DNA of 64,000 bases. It comes from Thermodesulfobacteriota bacterium. Lineage in GTDB: Bacteria; Desulfobacterota_D; UBA1144. Both the position numbers and the translations under genes were made by a program. Location: assembly GCA_036340075.1 (NCBI GenBank), contig JAYYZJ010000012.1, forward strand, positions 64,001 to 128,000, written 5' to 3'. Shown in pieces: positions 20,626 to 30,535 of the stretch (position 1 is its first letter; every line of letters begins with the position of its first letter). The notes below the pieces were generated by a model. The model was not told the origin of the DNA. It ran no database searches and saw only the letters and a program-made list of their open reading frames with translations.

Positions 20626-21575
20626 CTAACTACTGCTGATCCCCAGGCAAAACCAGCACCAAATACTGAAAAAAGTATGTTGTCACCTTTCTTAATCTTA
20701 GATTCACCTAAAGCTTCATGAAGAGCTAATAATACAGATGCAGAGGATGTGTTTCCATATTTATCTATATTTACATAGCATTTATCTAGAGACATATTCA
20801 GTCTTTCTCTAGCAGCTTCTATTATTCTTAAGTTGGCTTGATGAGGAATAAATAAATTTATATCTTCGGGTGTCATACCTGCTTCTTCTATAGCTTCAAT
20901 AGAATTAGCTTGTATTGCTTTTACAGCTTCTTTAAAAACTTCCTTGCCTTCCATTTTTAAGAATCTATATCCTGATGGATCTTTTGATCCACCGCCAGGT
21001 ACAAATAAAAGTTCTCCTTCCGCACCACTAGAACCTAAGCATACAGAAAGAATTCCTGGTTCATTAGACTCTTCTAGAACTACTGCACCGGCAGCATCAC
21101 CAAAAAGAACACACGTACCTCTATCTTTATAGTCAGTTATTCTAGATAGATTTTCTCCGCCTACAATTAATAGTTTCTTGGCTTCACCATTTTCTATGAG
21201 AGATCTGCCAATTTTTAATGCATAAATAAAACCTGAACAACCTGCTGAAATATCAAAAGCAAAAATATTTCTAGTTTGTAATTTATCTTGAAGTATGCAG
21301 CCAACAGAAGGAGTTATAAAGTCACCTGTTACCGTTGCTACTATGATACCATCAATGTCTTTTGATGATACATTGGCATTCTTTAGTGCATCCTGAGAAG
21401 CTTTTATACACATATACGAAGTTGCTTTATCTTCATCTAATATTCTTCTCTCAGAAATACCTGTACGTGTTTTAATCCACTCGTCAGATGTATCTACTAT
21501 AGACTCCAAATCTTTATTAGATAAAATTTTATCCGGGAGATAAATTCCTGTACCTGTTATTTTTGCAAAACTCAA
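20619..21575 (-). CDS. fabH: 3-oxoacyl-ACP synthase III
   Basis: DTSDEWI, AGCSGF, FGDAAGA, HQANLRI and YGNTSSAS motifs. Confidence 0.97.
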   Translation of the reverse strand: MSFAKITGTGIYLPDKILSNKDLESIVDTSDEWIKTRTGISERRILDEDKATSYMCIKASQDALKNANVSSKDIDGIIVATVTGDFITPSVGCILQDKLQTRNIFAFDISAGCSGFIYALKIGRSLIENGEAKKLLIVGGENLSRITDYKDRGTCVLFGDAAGAVVLEESNEPGILSVCLGSSGAEGELLFVPGGGSKDPSGYRFLKMEGKEVFKEAVKAIQANSIEAIEEAGMTPEDINLFIPHQANLRIIEAARERLNMSLDKCYVNIDKYGNTSSASVLLALHEALGESKIKKGDNILFSVFGAGFAWGSAVVRW

Positions 21576-21593
21576 AAAACTATTCCTTAAAAA

Positions 21594-22052
21594 CTAATTA
21601 TTTTTCATTATATCTTTAATGTCAATTTTGTAGTAACCAAGACATGTAATTAAATCTTTATCAAACCTATTTTTAAACATAAATTCTTTTAATTCTTTAC
21701 TAGATTTGCAAAATATTATTAACTTGCAATCCTTTTCTCCAAAGAATTTTGTTAAATTACGAAGCTCCTTTGTATTAGTTACAGATATTAATATTGATAT
21801 TGAGTCTATTAAGACCTTATTTTTGTAAAATTTTATGTTTACCTCTATTACTGGGAAATCGTTTTGCATTACCGGATTAAATTCTAAGGAAAAATCCATC
21901 TTTTCAGAGAAATTGGCAAATGAGTTAATATCTTTACACGCTAAAATGTATGTTTTTTCATTGATTTCTGCGAATATTGATCCTTCTTCGATAAATTCGA
22001 AATATTTCTCTACTAAGGAATTATTCAAACAATTACTTGATTTTATCAACAT
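21594..22052 (-). CDS. Hypothetical protein
   Basis: 152-aa ORF filling the gap upstream of fabH on the same strand; no recognised motif. Confidence 0.65.
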   Translation of the reverse strand: MLIKSSNCLNNSLVEKYFEFIEEGSIFAEINEKTYILACKDINSFANFSEKMDFSLEFNPVMQNDFPVIEVNIKFYKNKVLIDSISILISVTNTKELRNLTKFFGEKDCKLIIFCKSSKELKEFMFKNRFDKDLITCLGYYKIDIKDIMKNN

Positions 22053-22105
22053 TATTATTGTACAATTTTAATGTTCACACTTTAAGTAATCAAGGAGGAG
22101 TGTTA

Positions 22106-22303
22106 ATGACAGCCGTAGCAATAACATTGGGTATCGTTGCTTTATATTGGATAGCAGCAACTAATTTCGGGACTGAAGGTAGTTCTTCAGAGGGTGCAGC
22201 ACCTGCAGAATCTTCTGCTCCTTCACCAACTACAGATGCCGAACCACCAAGTGGTGATGAATCAATCACCGATGGTTCAGAGTTTTCATCTGCTAAACAA
22301 TAA
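22106..22303 (+). CDS. Small membrane-anchored protein with acidic S/E/P/A-rich disordered tail
   Basis: Strong SD (AAGGAGGAG) ahead of ATG 22106. The 65-aa product has a single N-terminal hydrophobic helix followed by a low-complexity tail. Confidence 0.75.
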   Translation: MTAVAITLGIVALYWIAATNFGTEGSSSEGAAPAESSAPSPTTDAEPPSGDESITDGSEFSSAKQ

Positions 22304-22351
22304 TTAATATTGTTGGTATTTGATTAGTCCTATTTTTTTTAATTTCTAGTT

Positions 22352-24331
22352 CTACAGGTCTGCCTTAATTCCTGTCATAATACTACGTCCTGGTGATGTA
22401 AAATTCAGTACTTCTTGTCTTTTATCGTTAAATACGTTTTCAATATTTATAAAAACCTTCATTCTCCCATTATTTTCTTGGTTTCTTCTTATACTGTAAT
22501 CCCCATATAGATTAAAATCCCAAAAGTTTTTATTCCATTTCCTTGTTGAGCTATTTTCAAAATCCCATCTTCCACCTGTATATATCCCATCAAAGTTAAT
22601 TGTATAAGCATCTTTATACTGACCTATGCTAAATCCACCGCTATGTTTCGGTCTTCTTAATAGAGGTTCATTACTATACCAATTTGCAAGATTATAAGCT
22701 CCTGTCTGAGTCGCATTTGTTGTATTGACCGCTTTTGTTTCAAGGTATGTATACCAAGCTTTTAATTTTACACTATAGGTAAGATTAGTTTTTCCAGAAA
22801 ACTCATAACCTTTAAGTTTGGCATCATCAAGATTTTGATATGTTTCACCCACAGTCCTGTAAGCAATTAGATTATAAATTTTTGTATTAAAATAGGTAAT
22901 ACTTATTAACGAATTCTCACTTATTTTTTGATCTAAACCAAACTCATAGGACTTGTTTCTTTCTGCCTCAAGTTTATCAGCAGCATAAGATTCATAGATT
23001 CCAGGATATTTAATTCCTTTACTATATCCACCCCTAAGTTTGGTTGAGGTTTTATTAATTATCTTTGATGCAAACATAGAGGGGTTTGTGATTTCACCGT
23101 GTTGTTCATGTTTATTTTTTCTTATCCCAGGATTTATAAAAATTGAGTACGGAGCTTTAATTCCTATATTCGCATAATATGATTTTGTATAATCATTATG
23201 ACCATAATATCCAGTGAGACCAGAGGCGTTAAAACTGTCATAGTTACTACTTTCATTGATTTTTTCGTAACCTATTAAAGTTTTCATATTAAAAACCCCA
23301 AGGTCATTATTCGATTTCATATAGTAATCAAATCCTTCTCTTTTTTCCCACCAATTTAAATCTGTAGATACTTGGACTGTTGAGTTTTGAGCCCACTTGT
23401 GAAGATAATTATATTTATAGGTAGTTCCATAAGTAAGAGAATCATAAAACTTATATTCAAAATTCAGACTTCTAATTGTCATATGCCTTCTATCTCTTGC
23501 AGTTTTAGCATATTGATGATCAACGCTTCCGCTTGAATTCGTAGGAAAATTATATTTTGTTTTTCTTCTTGTTCCATTAAATAGGATTTTTATTTTCTCG
23601 TCTTTGGTTTTTAAAAGGATAGAGCCATTGAGTGCTCCATTCTCATAGTGATCATTGAATCTTCTATAACCATCATCATTTATTCTTTCAAAGCCCAAAC
23701 TATATCCTAAGAAAAAATCGCTTTCATTATTTTTACTTATTGGCCCATTAATTGAGAAGTACTGTTCATTTACAAAAAACTTACCACCATCTGTATGACT
23801 GTCTTTTAATAGCCCATTTGAATCTTTCTTTGGCCCTTGATTAAAACCAAATGCAGATTTAAAAGAAACATTAGTTTTATTTTCAGGCTTTTTTGTTTTG
23901 ATACTTATTACAGAACCAATTGCACCAGGACCATAAAGTGCAGCCTGTGGACCTCTGAGAATTTCAATTTTTTCTATATTGTTTAGAGAAAGAAATTCAA
24001 AATTAAAAGCCCCTCCAATCTCGTTTGCTCTTACACCATCTATTAATACCAAGTTGTGATCGCTTTCACTACCTCTAGCGAAAATACTAATCATTCCGCC
24101 TCTTGCTCCTAATCTTTTAACAGACAACCCAGGTACTTCTCTCAATAGTTGATGTATTTCAGTTGCACCGGATGCCTCTATGTCTTGTTCGGTTATTACC
24201 GTAGCCGAACCTCCAAAATCAGAAAATTTTATATCAGTATTACCAATCTTAGGGTCTCTCAACATTATTTCCTCAGCATTAATATCCAGAGAAGACAGCA
24301 ATAGAAACAATAAAAGAAAAGGTAACCTCAT
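22352..24331 (-). CDS. btuB: TonB-dependent receptor, probable cobalamin transporter
   Basis: Signal peptide; plug motifs (LREVPGL, RG, VLIDG, IEKIEILRGP); C-terminal ENVFN...GRS; lies downstream of a cobalamin riboswitch. Start ATG 24331 follows an AGGAG SD. Confidence 0.88.
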   Translation of the reverse strand: MRLPFLLLFLLLSSLDINAEEIMLRDPKIGNTDIKFSDFGGSATVITEQDIEASGATEIHQLLREVPGLSVKRLGARGGMISIFARGSESDHNLVLIDGVRANEIGGAFNFEFLSLNNIEKIEILRGPQAALYGPGAIGSVISIKTKKPENKTNVSFKSAFGFNQGPKKDSNGLLKDSHTDGGKFFVNEQYFSINGPISKNNESDFFLGYSLGFERINDDGYRRFNDHYENGALNGSILLKTKDEKIKILFNGTRRKTKYNFPTNSSGSVDHQYAKTARDRRHMTIRSLNFEYKFYDSLTYGTTYKYNYLHKWAQNSTVQVSTDLNWWEKREGFDYYMKSNNDLGVFNMKTLIGYEKINESSNYDSFNASGLTGYYGHNDYTKSYYANIGIKAPYSIFINPGIRKNKHEQHGEITNPSMFASKIINKTSTKLRGGYSKGIKYPGIYESYAADKLEAERNKSYEFGLDQKISENSLISITYFNTKIYNLIAYRTVGETYQNLDDAKLKGYEFSGKTNLTYSVKLKAWYTYLETKAVNTTNATQTGAYNLANWYSNEPLLRRPKHSGGFSIGQYKDAYTINFDGIYTGGRWDFENSSTRKWNKNFWDFNLYGDYSIRRNQENNGRMKVFINIENVFNDKRQEVLNFTSPGRSIMTGIKADL

Positions 24332-24427
24332 AGTTAACACTCCTTTTCCTCGATAGTTACAAAACTTAAAAATAAAGCAGAACAAGCTTATTTTTCCTTA
24401 AACCTCGAAGAAAAATAGAATTTAATT

Positions 24428-24578
24428 TTTGGCAGGTCTTCTGACTTATAGCTTCTTAACCTAGCCTTCCCATCGATTGAAAGTGGCATTAGTGGTTAAA
24501 AATCAATGCTAATTACAGCAGCGGGTCTGTGCCGGAGTTTCACCGGACTTCCCTATTAATCTCTTCCGAGAACCAATC
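24428..24578 (-). ncRNA. Cobalamin (AdoCbl) riboswitch
   Basis: The minus strand reads GGTTC...AATAGGGAAGTCCGGTGAAACTCCGGCACAGACCCGCTGCTGTAA...GCCACT...GGGAAGGC...AAGTCAGAAGACCTGCC (B12 box). Confidence 0.96.
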
Positions 24579-24581
24579 ATA

Positions 24582-24609
24582 ATACTATTTTGGAATTCAT
24601 TTAAGTCAA
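24582..24609 (-). promoter_or_regulatory. Putative sigma70 promoter for the riboswitch-btuB transcript
   Basis: TTGACT-16nt-TAGTAT immediately upstream of the riboswitch. Confidence 0.55.
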
Positions 24610-24635
24610 GCAAATTTTTTTGTATTATTGATACT

Positions 24636-25562
24636 ATGATAACAACTTTTGGTGGTGGCGTAGGAGCAGGAAAATTTTTAGATGGATTGCATACAAGTCT
24701 TAAAAATAATTCTTTGAATTTAAATATTGTAGTTAACACAGCGGACGATATAGATATATTTGGAGTTCGTGTAAGCCCAGATATAGATTCAATTTTGTAT
24801 CGACTTTCTGGCATATCTGATAAAAAGAGAGGTTGGGGCATAAAAGGAGATACATATAAATTTTTAAATAGTCAACCAAAAGAAAATAGATGGTTTAATT
24901 TAGGTGACAAAGATTTAGAAAGAAATCTAATTAAGCAAGCTTTAATAGATAAAGGTTTCTCTCTTCAAAAAGTTGTAGAAAAACAAAGTAAAAAATTAGG
25001 AATTAAAAAAACAAAAATTATTCCAATGACAAACGATATTGTAGAAACTTACATTGTATCAAACGGTAAAAAAATGCACTTCCAAGAATTTTTAATAAAA
25101 TACAAAATGCGTCCAAAAGTAGATAAAATTTTATTTAAAAATATTAAACAATCCAAACCATCTGTTGGTTTAATAGAGCAAATACTAAATTCGAAGATTT
25201 TGATTTTTTGTCCTAGTAATCCAATAATTAGCATTAATCCAATTTTGACAGTACCAGGAATCAAGAACGCAATTGTTGCATCAAATGCTATGAAAATCGC
25301 AATTAGTCCTATAGTGAACGATAAAGCCTTTCAAGGACCTGTTTTGAAACTTATGCAAGTGAAAAAATTAAAACCATCTGTAGTAGGGGTTGCAGAATTT
25401 TATAAAGGGATAGTAAACTATTTGATGATAGACGAATTTGATAAAAAGTATATTGGCAAAATCTCAGAAACTGGAATAAAGCCAATCGTGAGAAACATTA
25501 AAATGCGAAATAAAACTATTTCAAAGGCAATGTCTAAATCAATTTTGGATTTAATAGAATGA
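24636..25562 (+). CDS. cofD: 2-phospho-L-lactate/PEP transferase (F420 biosynthesis)
   Basis: GGGVGAGKF, VNTADD, VSPDIDS, WFNLGDKD, HFQEF, PSNPIISI and ISPIV motifs. Confidence 0.95.
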   Translation: MITTFGGGVGAGKFLDGLHTSLKNNSLNLNIVVNTADDIDIFGVRVSPDIDSILYRLSGISDKKRGWGIKGDTYKFLNSQPKENRWFNLGDKDLERNLIKQALIDKGFSLQKVVEKQSKKLGIKKTKIIPMTNDIVETYIVSNGKKMHFQEFLIKYKMRPKVDKILFKNIKQSKPSVGLIEQILNSKILIFCPSNPIISINPILTVPGIKNAIVASNAMKIAISPIVNDKAFQGPVLKLMQVKKLKPSVVGVAEFYKGIVNYLMIDEFDKKYIGKISETGIKPIVRNIKMRNKTISKAMSKSILDLIE

Positions 25563-26305
25563 AAAAAATTGAAATTATTCCGCTAAACAATATACCTAAA
25601 ATAAACATCAATGATGACATACCTTCAATAATCATTAAAGCATTAAAGTCCCAAAAACTTAAACTAGAAGAAAACGATATTTTAGTAGTTGCACATAAGA
25701 TTATTTCTATTTCGGAAGATTGTTTCTTTAATCTCGAAAATATTAAAGTCAGTCGTAAGGCAAAAGATTTAAGTAGAAAAATTAAAAAAGATGAAAAATT
25801 TTGTCAGCTTATTTTAGATAATGCAAAAAGAATTATAAAAGTTTCTAAAGGTGTAATTGTTACAGAAAACAAACTAGGAATAATTACAGCTAATTCTGGT
25901 ATTGATCAGTCAAATATCCAATTCAAGGGTATGGCTTTATTGCTCCCAAAGAACCCTGATAATTCAGCTAGAAGAATTTCCATGGAAATTAAAAAACAAA
26001 CGAATCTAAGAGTCCCTGTCATAATATCTGATAGTATAGGTAGACCATGGAGACTCGGATTGAATCAAATAGCTATAGGAAGCTATGGTGTTAAACCAAT
26101 AAAGAAATACAAGAAAGATCTTTATAAGAACAAGCTTTCAAATACTGAAGTACCAATTATTGACGAGCTTTCTTCTGCTGCTGGAATATTAATGCAGAAA
26201 GATGACGGTATTCCCGTTGTATTGATAAGAGGGTATAATTATATTTCATCAACAGCTAAAGCTAGGGTGCTTTTAAGAGGGAAGCAAGATGATATCTTTA
26301 GATAA
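25559..26305 (+). CDS. cofE: Coenzyme F420-0:L-glutamate ligase (single domain)
   Basis: KIISISE, ANSGIDQSN, LLPKNPD, ISDSIGRPWRLG and DELSSAA motifs. Confidence 0.95.
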   Translation: MKKIEIIPLNNIPKININDDIPSIIIKALKSQKLKLEENDILVVAHKIISISEDCFFNLENIKVSRKAKDLSRKIKKDEKFCQLILDNAKRIIKVSKGVIVTENKLGIITANSGIDQSNIQFKGMALLLPKNPDNSARRISMEIKKQTNLRVPVIISDSIGRPWRLGLNQIAIGSYGVKPIKKYKKDLYKNKLSNTEVPIIDELSSAAGILMQKDDGIPVVLIRGYNYISSTAKARVLLRGKQDDIFR

Positions 26306-27548
26306 AATATACGAAGATTTTTTAGCTTCGACAAAAATTTATACTTTACTTGAATCTCATGGAGTTTCTACAAAGAAATTCTCTTTAATTGATGAGAAAT
26401 TACAATATATACTTGAAAAAGCTGTTAGCGAGGAAGAAATTACCAGAGATGAGGCCTTAATTTTAAGTAAGGTGTCGACTAGCCAAATACCGTTTTTGAT
26501 GGCAGCTGCAAATTATCTTAGAGAAAAACACAAAGGAAATCTAATTACTTTTTCGAAGAATATCTTTATTCCTTTAACTCAATTGTGTAGAGACCAATGC
26601 TCTTATTGTACTTTTAAAATTGAACCAGACGAAGGAGATTTATTGATTGAACCAGAAGATGTTTTGAAATCAGCCAAAAAGGCAGTTGAATTAGGCTGTA
26701 CAGAATTATTGTTTGTTTCAGGTGACAGACCTGAAAACATGTATGATGTCTATCGAAAAAAGCTTGATAGTATGGGATACAAATCCACTGCTGATTATAT
26801 GATAGGAATGAGTGAAATTTGCTTAGAAGAAGGGATATTTCCTCATTCGAATCTTGGTATAGCTAAAATAGATGAACTAAAAAGATTTAAGAACTCTAAT
26901 CCAAGCATGGGATTAATGCTGGAGAATGTCAGCGAAAGATTAATGGAGCCAGGAGAAGCTCATTATAGATGCCCAGATAAATATCCACGAGCCAGAATTA
27001 AAACAATTTCAAATGCTGGCGAACTTAATATACCATGGACCTCAGGAATTCTAATTGGAATTGGAGAAAATTGGGAAGAAAGGATTGATTCAATCTATGA
27101 ATTAAGAAGAATTAATGATAAGTACGGACATATCCAGGAGATTATAATTCAAAATTTTACTCCTAAGCCAGGAATTCAAATGGAAGGACATCCAGCACCG
27201 ACAGATTTTGAAATGATTAAAACTGTTGCTATAGCAAAGATTGTAATGGGCCCAAAAATGAACATTCAGGTTCCACCAAATCTGAATTCACAGACCTATA
27301 TGCTTCATATATCTTCTGGTGTTAACGATTTAGGTGGTGTTTCACCTATCACTATAGATTATGTAAATCCGGAATCTCCTTGGCCTCAAATAGATTTAAT
27401 GGAAAAAGAAATATCAGAATTCGGCTTCCATTTAAGAGAAAGATTACCGGTATACCCAGATTTCTTAAATAAAAAGTTTCTTAATGAAGACATTTACAAT
27501 AAAGCTGTTAGCTTTGTTGATCATACTGGATATGTAACAGAAAATTAG
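26289..27548 (+). CDS. cofG: FO synthase subunit 1 (radical SAM)
   Basis: TFSKNIFIPLTQLCRDQCSYC, PHSNLG, SMGLMLE, IQEIIIQNF, QVPPNL and DYVNPESPWP motifs. Confidence 0.94.
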   Translation: MISLDKIYEDFLASTKIYTLLESHGVSTKKFSLIDEKLQYILEKAVSEEEITRDEALILSKVSTSQIPFLMAAANYLREKHKGNLITFSKNIFIPLTQLCRDQCSYCTFKIEPDEGDLLIEPEDVLKSAKKAVELGCTELLFVSGDRPENMYDVYRKKLDSMGYKSTADYMIGMSEICLEEGIFPHSNLGIAKIDELKRFKNSNPSMGLMLENVSERLMEPGEAHYRCPDKYPRARIKTISNAGELNIPWTSGILIGIGENWEERIDSIYELRRINDKYGHIQEIIIQNFTPKPGIQMEGHPAPTDFEMIKTVAIAKIVMGPKMNIQVPPNLNSQTYMLHISSGVNDLGGVSPITIDYVNPESPWPQIDLMEKEISEFGFHLRERLPVYPDFLNKKFLNEDIYNKAVSFVDHTGYVTEN

Positions 27549-27555
27549 GTTTATT

Positions 27556-28743
27556 ATGGAAAAAGAATTAAGAAAAGTTTTAGATGAAATTGAGAACAAC
27601 AGAGTCAAAGGGTCAGACTATATACTGTCAAAATCAACTGAAGAGATTGCGAACATTATAACCAAACCTTTAAATGATAGTGAGATCACGCAGGAGGAAG
27701 CAGAAAAGTTATTTCTTATTGATAAAAATATCGACCTATCAGCATTAGTTGTGATTGCTGATAATATACGAAAAGAGGATGTTGGTGAAGATGTTACCTA
27801 TGTTGTAAATAGAAATATTAATTTTACTAATATATGTAACACATACTGTGGTTTTTGTAATTTTATGGCGCCAGAAGGTGACCCTAGAGCATATTTCCTT
27901 ACAATGGATGAAATCAAAGAGAAGGTGCTAGAAGCTAAAGAGAATCATGCTACAGAAGTTTGCATGCAAGGTGGAATGCACCCTGACATAGATGGAGATT
28001 TTTATATTCAAATTATTAAAAGTGTAAAAGAAGCTGTACCTGATATGCACACGCATTGCTTCTCGCCTTTTGAAGTTCATTATGGAGCTGAAACATTAGG
28101 TATAGAAATAGGTGATTTTGTTAAGAGACTTAAGGAGGTAGGACATGGTACTTTCCCAGGGACAGCAGCTGAGATTTTAAGTGAAGATGTAAGAAAAATA
28201 ATAGCCCCAGGGAAAATTACTACTGATGAGTGGATTGATACTATAAAAGAAATTCATAAAGCTGACATGAAAACAACATCAACAATTATGTATGGCCATG
28301 TTGATAAGCCCTTTCATTGGGCCAAGCATTTTAATATTATAAGAAATATACAAAAAGAAACAGGTGGAATTACCGAATTTGTACCCTTAAGATTTATTCC
28401 TTGGGATACAAGAATTTTTAAGAAAGGTATTGCCAGAGAGGGTCCAACAGACTTGGATCAATTAAAAATGTATGCTGTAGCCAGATTATTTTTTAGAGGA
28501 TGGATTAACAATATTCAAGTTTCATGGGTCAAGCAAGGTCCAGAATTCGCTCAATATTGCCTAACAGCTGGGGCAAACGATTTTGGTGGAACCCTTATGG
28601 AAGAGAAAATAACTACAGCGGCAGGGGGTAAATACGGGCAGTATTTTCCTCCAGAAGAATTTAGACGACTTACTAATGAAATTAACAGAAGACCCGTAGA
28701 AAGGTCAACTACATATGAATATCTAAAAGTATTCGAAAATTAA
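27556..28743 (+). CDS. cofH: FO synthase subunit 2 (radical SAM)
   Basis: VVNRNINFTNICNTYCGFC, EVCMQGG, PGTAAEIL, NIQVSWVK and GGTLMEE motifs. Confidence 0.93.
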   Translation: MEKELRKVLDEIENNRVKGSDYILSKSTEEIANIITKPLNDSEITQEEAEKLFLIDKNIDLSALVVIADNIRKEDVGEDVTYVVNRNINFTNICNTYCGFCNFMAPEGDPRAYFLTMDEIKEKVLEAKENHATEVCMQGGMHPDIDGDFYIQIIKSVKEAVPDMHTHCFSPFEVHYGAETLGIEIGDFVKRLKEVGHGTFPGTAAEILSEDVRKIIAPGKITTDEWIDTIKEIHKADMKTTSTIMYGHVDKPFHWAKHFNIIRNIQKETGGITEFVPLRFIPWDTRIFKKGIAREGPTDLDQLKMYAVARLFFRGWINNIQVSWVKQGPEFAQYCLTAGANDFGGTLMEEKITTAAGGKYGQYFPPEEFRRLTNEINRRPVERSTTYEYLKVFEN

Positions 28744-28787
28744 TCCTTAACTTGTTGATTTAAAAATTTGGTATAAGATTTAACTAA

Positions 28788-29429
28788 ATGAGTTTTCTCA
28801 AAGACATAAGAGCTGATATCTCTGCTGCCAAAGAGAGAGATCCTGCTGCAAGAAATATATTAGAGATTCTGATTAGTTATCCAGGTTTTCATGCAATTGC
28901 ATGGCACAGACTGTCAAACTTTTTATGGAGACACGGATTACATCTAATAGCGAGAATTATTTCCAATATTCTTAGAACTTTAACTGGAGTAGAAATTCAT
29001 CCAGCTGCAAAAATCCAACAGGGTTTTTTTATAGATCATGGTATGGGAGTTGTAATCGGAGAAACAACAGAGATAGGTAATAATGTAACTATATACCAAG
29101 GTGTTACTTTGGGTGGAGTAAGTATAAAAAAAGGAAAAAGACATCCAACAATTGGAAATAATGTAATTATTGGAGCAGGTAGTAAAATTCTAGGACCTTT
29201 AATTATAGGAGATAATTCAAAGATAGGTGCAAATTCTGTAGTTATAAATGATATACCAAAGAATTCCACAGTTGTTGGTATCCCCGGAAAAGTTGTTAGT
29301 CAAACTTCTTCATCTGCCGAGCCTGATTTGTCTCATAATAAATTAGTTGATCCAAGCGCAGAAGAAATTCTAAAACTTAACGAAGAAATTAAAAAAATAA
29401 AGGAAGAACTAAGAAAATTACAACCCTAG
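28788..29429 (+). CDS. cysE: Serine O-acetyltransferase
   Basis: [26 protein letters not shown] and KRHPT motifs. Confidence 0.97.
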   Translation: MSFLKDIRADISAAKERDPAARNILEILISYPGFHAIAWHRLSNFLWRHGLHLIARIISNILRTLTGVEIHPAAKIQQGFFIDHGMGVVIGETTEIGNNVTIYQGVTLGGVSIKKGKRHPTIGNNVIIGAGSKILGPLIIGDNSKIGANSVVINDIPKNSTVVGIPGKVVSQTSSSAEPDLSHNKLVDPSAEEILKLNEEIKKIKEELRKLQP

Positions 29430-30431
29430 TTTTTCTTCAAAACCCAGGAGAAGGTTCATATTTTGCACAGCCTGACCAGAGGCACCTTTAACCAAATTGT
29501 CTATAACTGAGGATACCAAAAGGGTTTTTTTATCGTGAAAGAGTTTCATTCCTATGTTGCAGAAATTAGTAGATTGAACATCCTTTAAAGTGGGAAGTGA
29601 TTTTTTGTAAACTTTTACGAAATAAGATTTCGAATAAAATTCATCAAATAATTTGAATGTCTTTTTTATATCCACAACCTTGCTGCTTTTAATATATATA
29701 TTTGACATTATACCTCTAGTAACTGGAAGCAGATGCGGCACCATAAGGATATTGATTTTTTTATTGGAAATTTTGTAAATCATACTCTCAATTTCTGGCA
29801 TATGCCTGTGAACTCCAGCATTATAAATAGATAAATTTTCATTTGCTTCAGAGAAAATATGTTGTACTTTACCGCTTCTACCTGCACCAGAGATACCTGA
29901 CTTACAATCCACAATTATTGAATCATTTTTTTTAATTGTTTTGATGATTGGAGCAAGTCCTAATAAGATTGAAGTTGCATAACAGCCAGGATTTGCAATG
30001 TTCTTTTTTGAATCAAATTCTTTTCCATTAATCTCGGGTATTAAATATTGGAAATTTTTATAATCCTTTTCATTTTTTCTATTTTTATACCATTTGTCAT
30101 TCAACCTTTTTGATAATCTATAATCTGCACTTAAATCAATAATTAGTGCATCCATTTTTTTTATTTTTTTCAAAATTGAATCAAGCTGGCCATTGGGGAG
30201 ACAGCTAAATATGACATCTATATTTTTTATTTGATAAATATCCGAATTCTTTCTTATTTTAAGATTCTTCTTAAATTTTAAATTTGGCAAAAAGGTACTA
30301 ATATTTTTTCCATGGTGAGTATTAGCTCCGAGAAAAAGTATTTCTGCTCTTGGGTGTTTCTCTAAAATTCTTACTAGTTCCATACCTGTATAACCGGTAG
30401 ATCCAATTATTCCTATTTTTACTTTCTCCAT
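29418..30431 (-). CDS. argC: N-acetyl-gamma-glutamyl-phosphate reductase
   Basis: [35 protein letters not shown] and [11 protein letters not shown] motifs. Start is probably 30431. Confidence 0.97.
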   Translation of the reverse strand: MEKVKIGIIGSTGYTGMELVRILEKHPRAEILFLGANTHHGKNISTFLPNLKFKKNLKIRKNSDIYQIKNIDVIFSCLPNGQLDSILKKIKKMDALIIDLSADYRLSKRLNDKWYKNRKNEKDYKNFQYLIPEINGKEFDSKKNIANPGCYATSILLGLAPIIKTIKKNDSIIVDCKSGISGAGRSGKVQHIFSEANENLSIYNAGVHRHMPEIESMIYKISNKKINILMVPHLLPVTRGIMSNIYIKSSKVVDIKKTFKLFDEFYSKSYFVKVYKKSLPTLKDVQSTNFCNIGMKLFHDKKTLLVSSVIDNLVKGASGQAVQNMNLLLGFEEKLGL

Positions 30432-30535
30432 GATGGTGACATTATCATGCAATTTTTATAAATTCAATCGTTTGAAATCTATCTCTTAAAGTGTAGTATT
30501 AACAAAGCAAAATCTATATCTTGTCAGGAGATATT

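Noticed and set aside
24509..24841. 110-aa minus-strand ORF
   Set aside because: It is antisense to the cofD 5' end and runs through the riboswitch, and is fully explained by those features.
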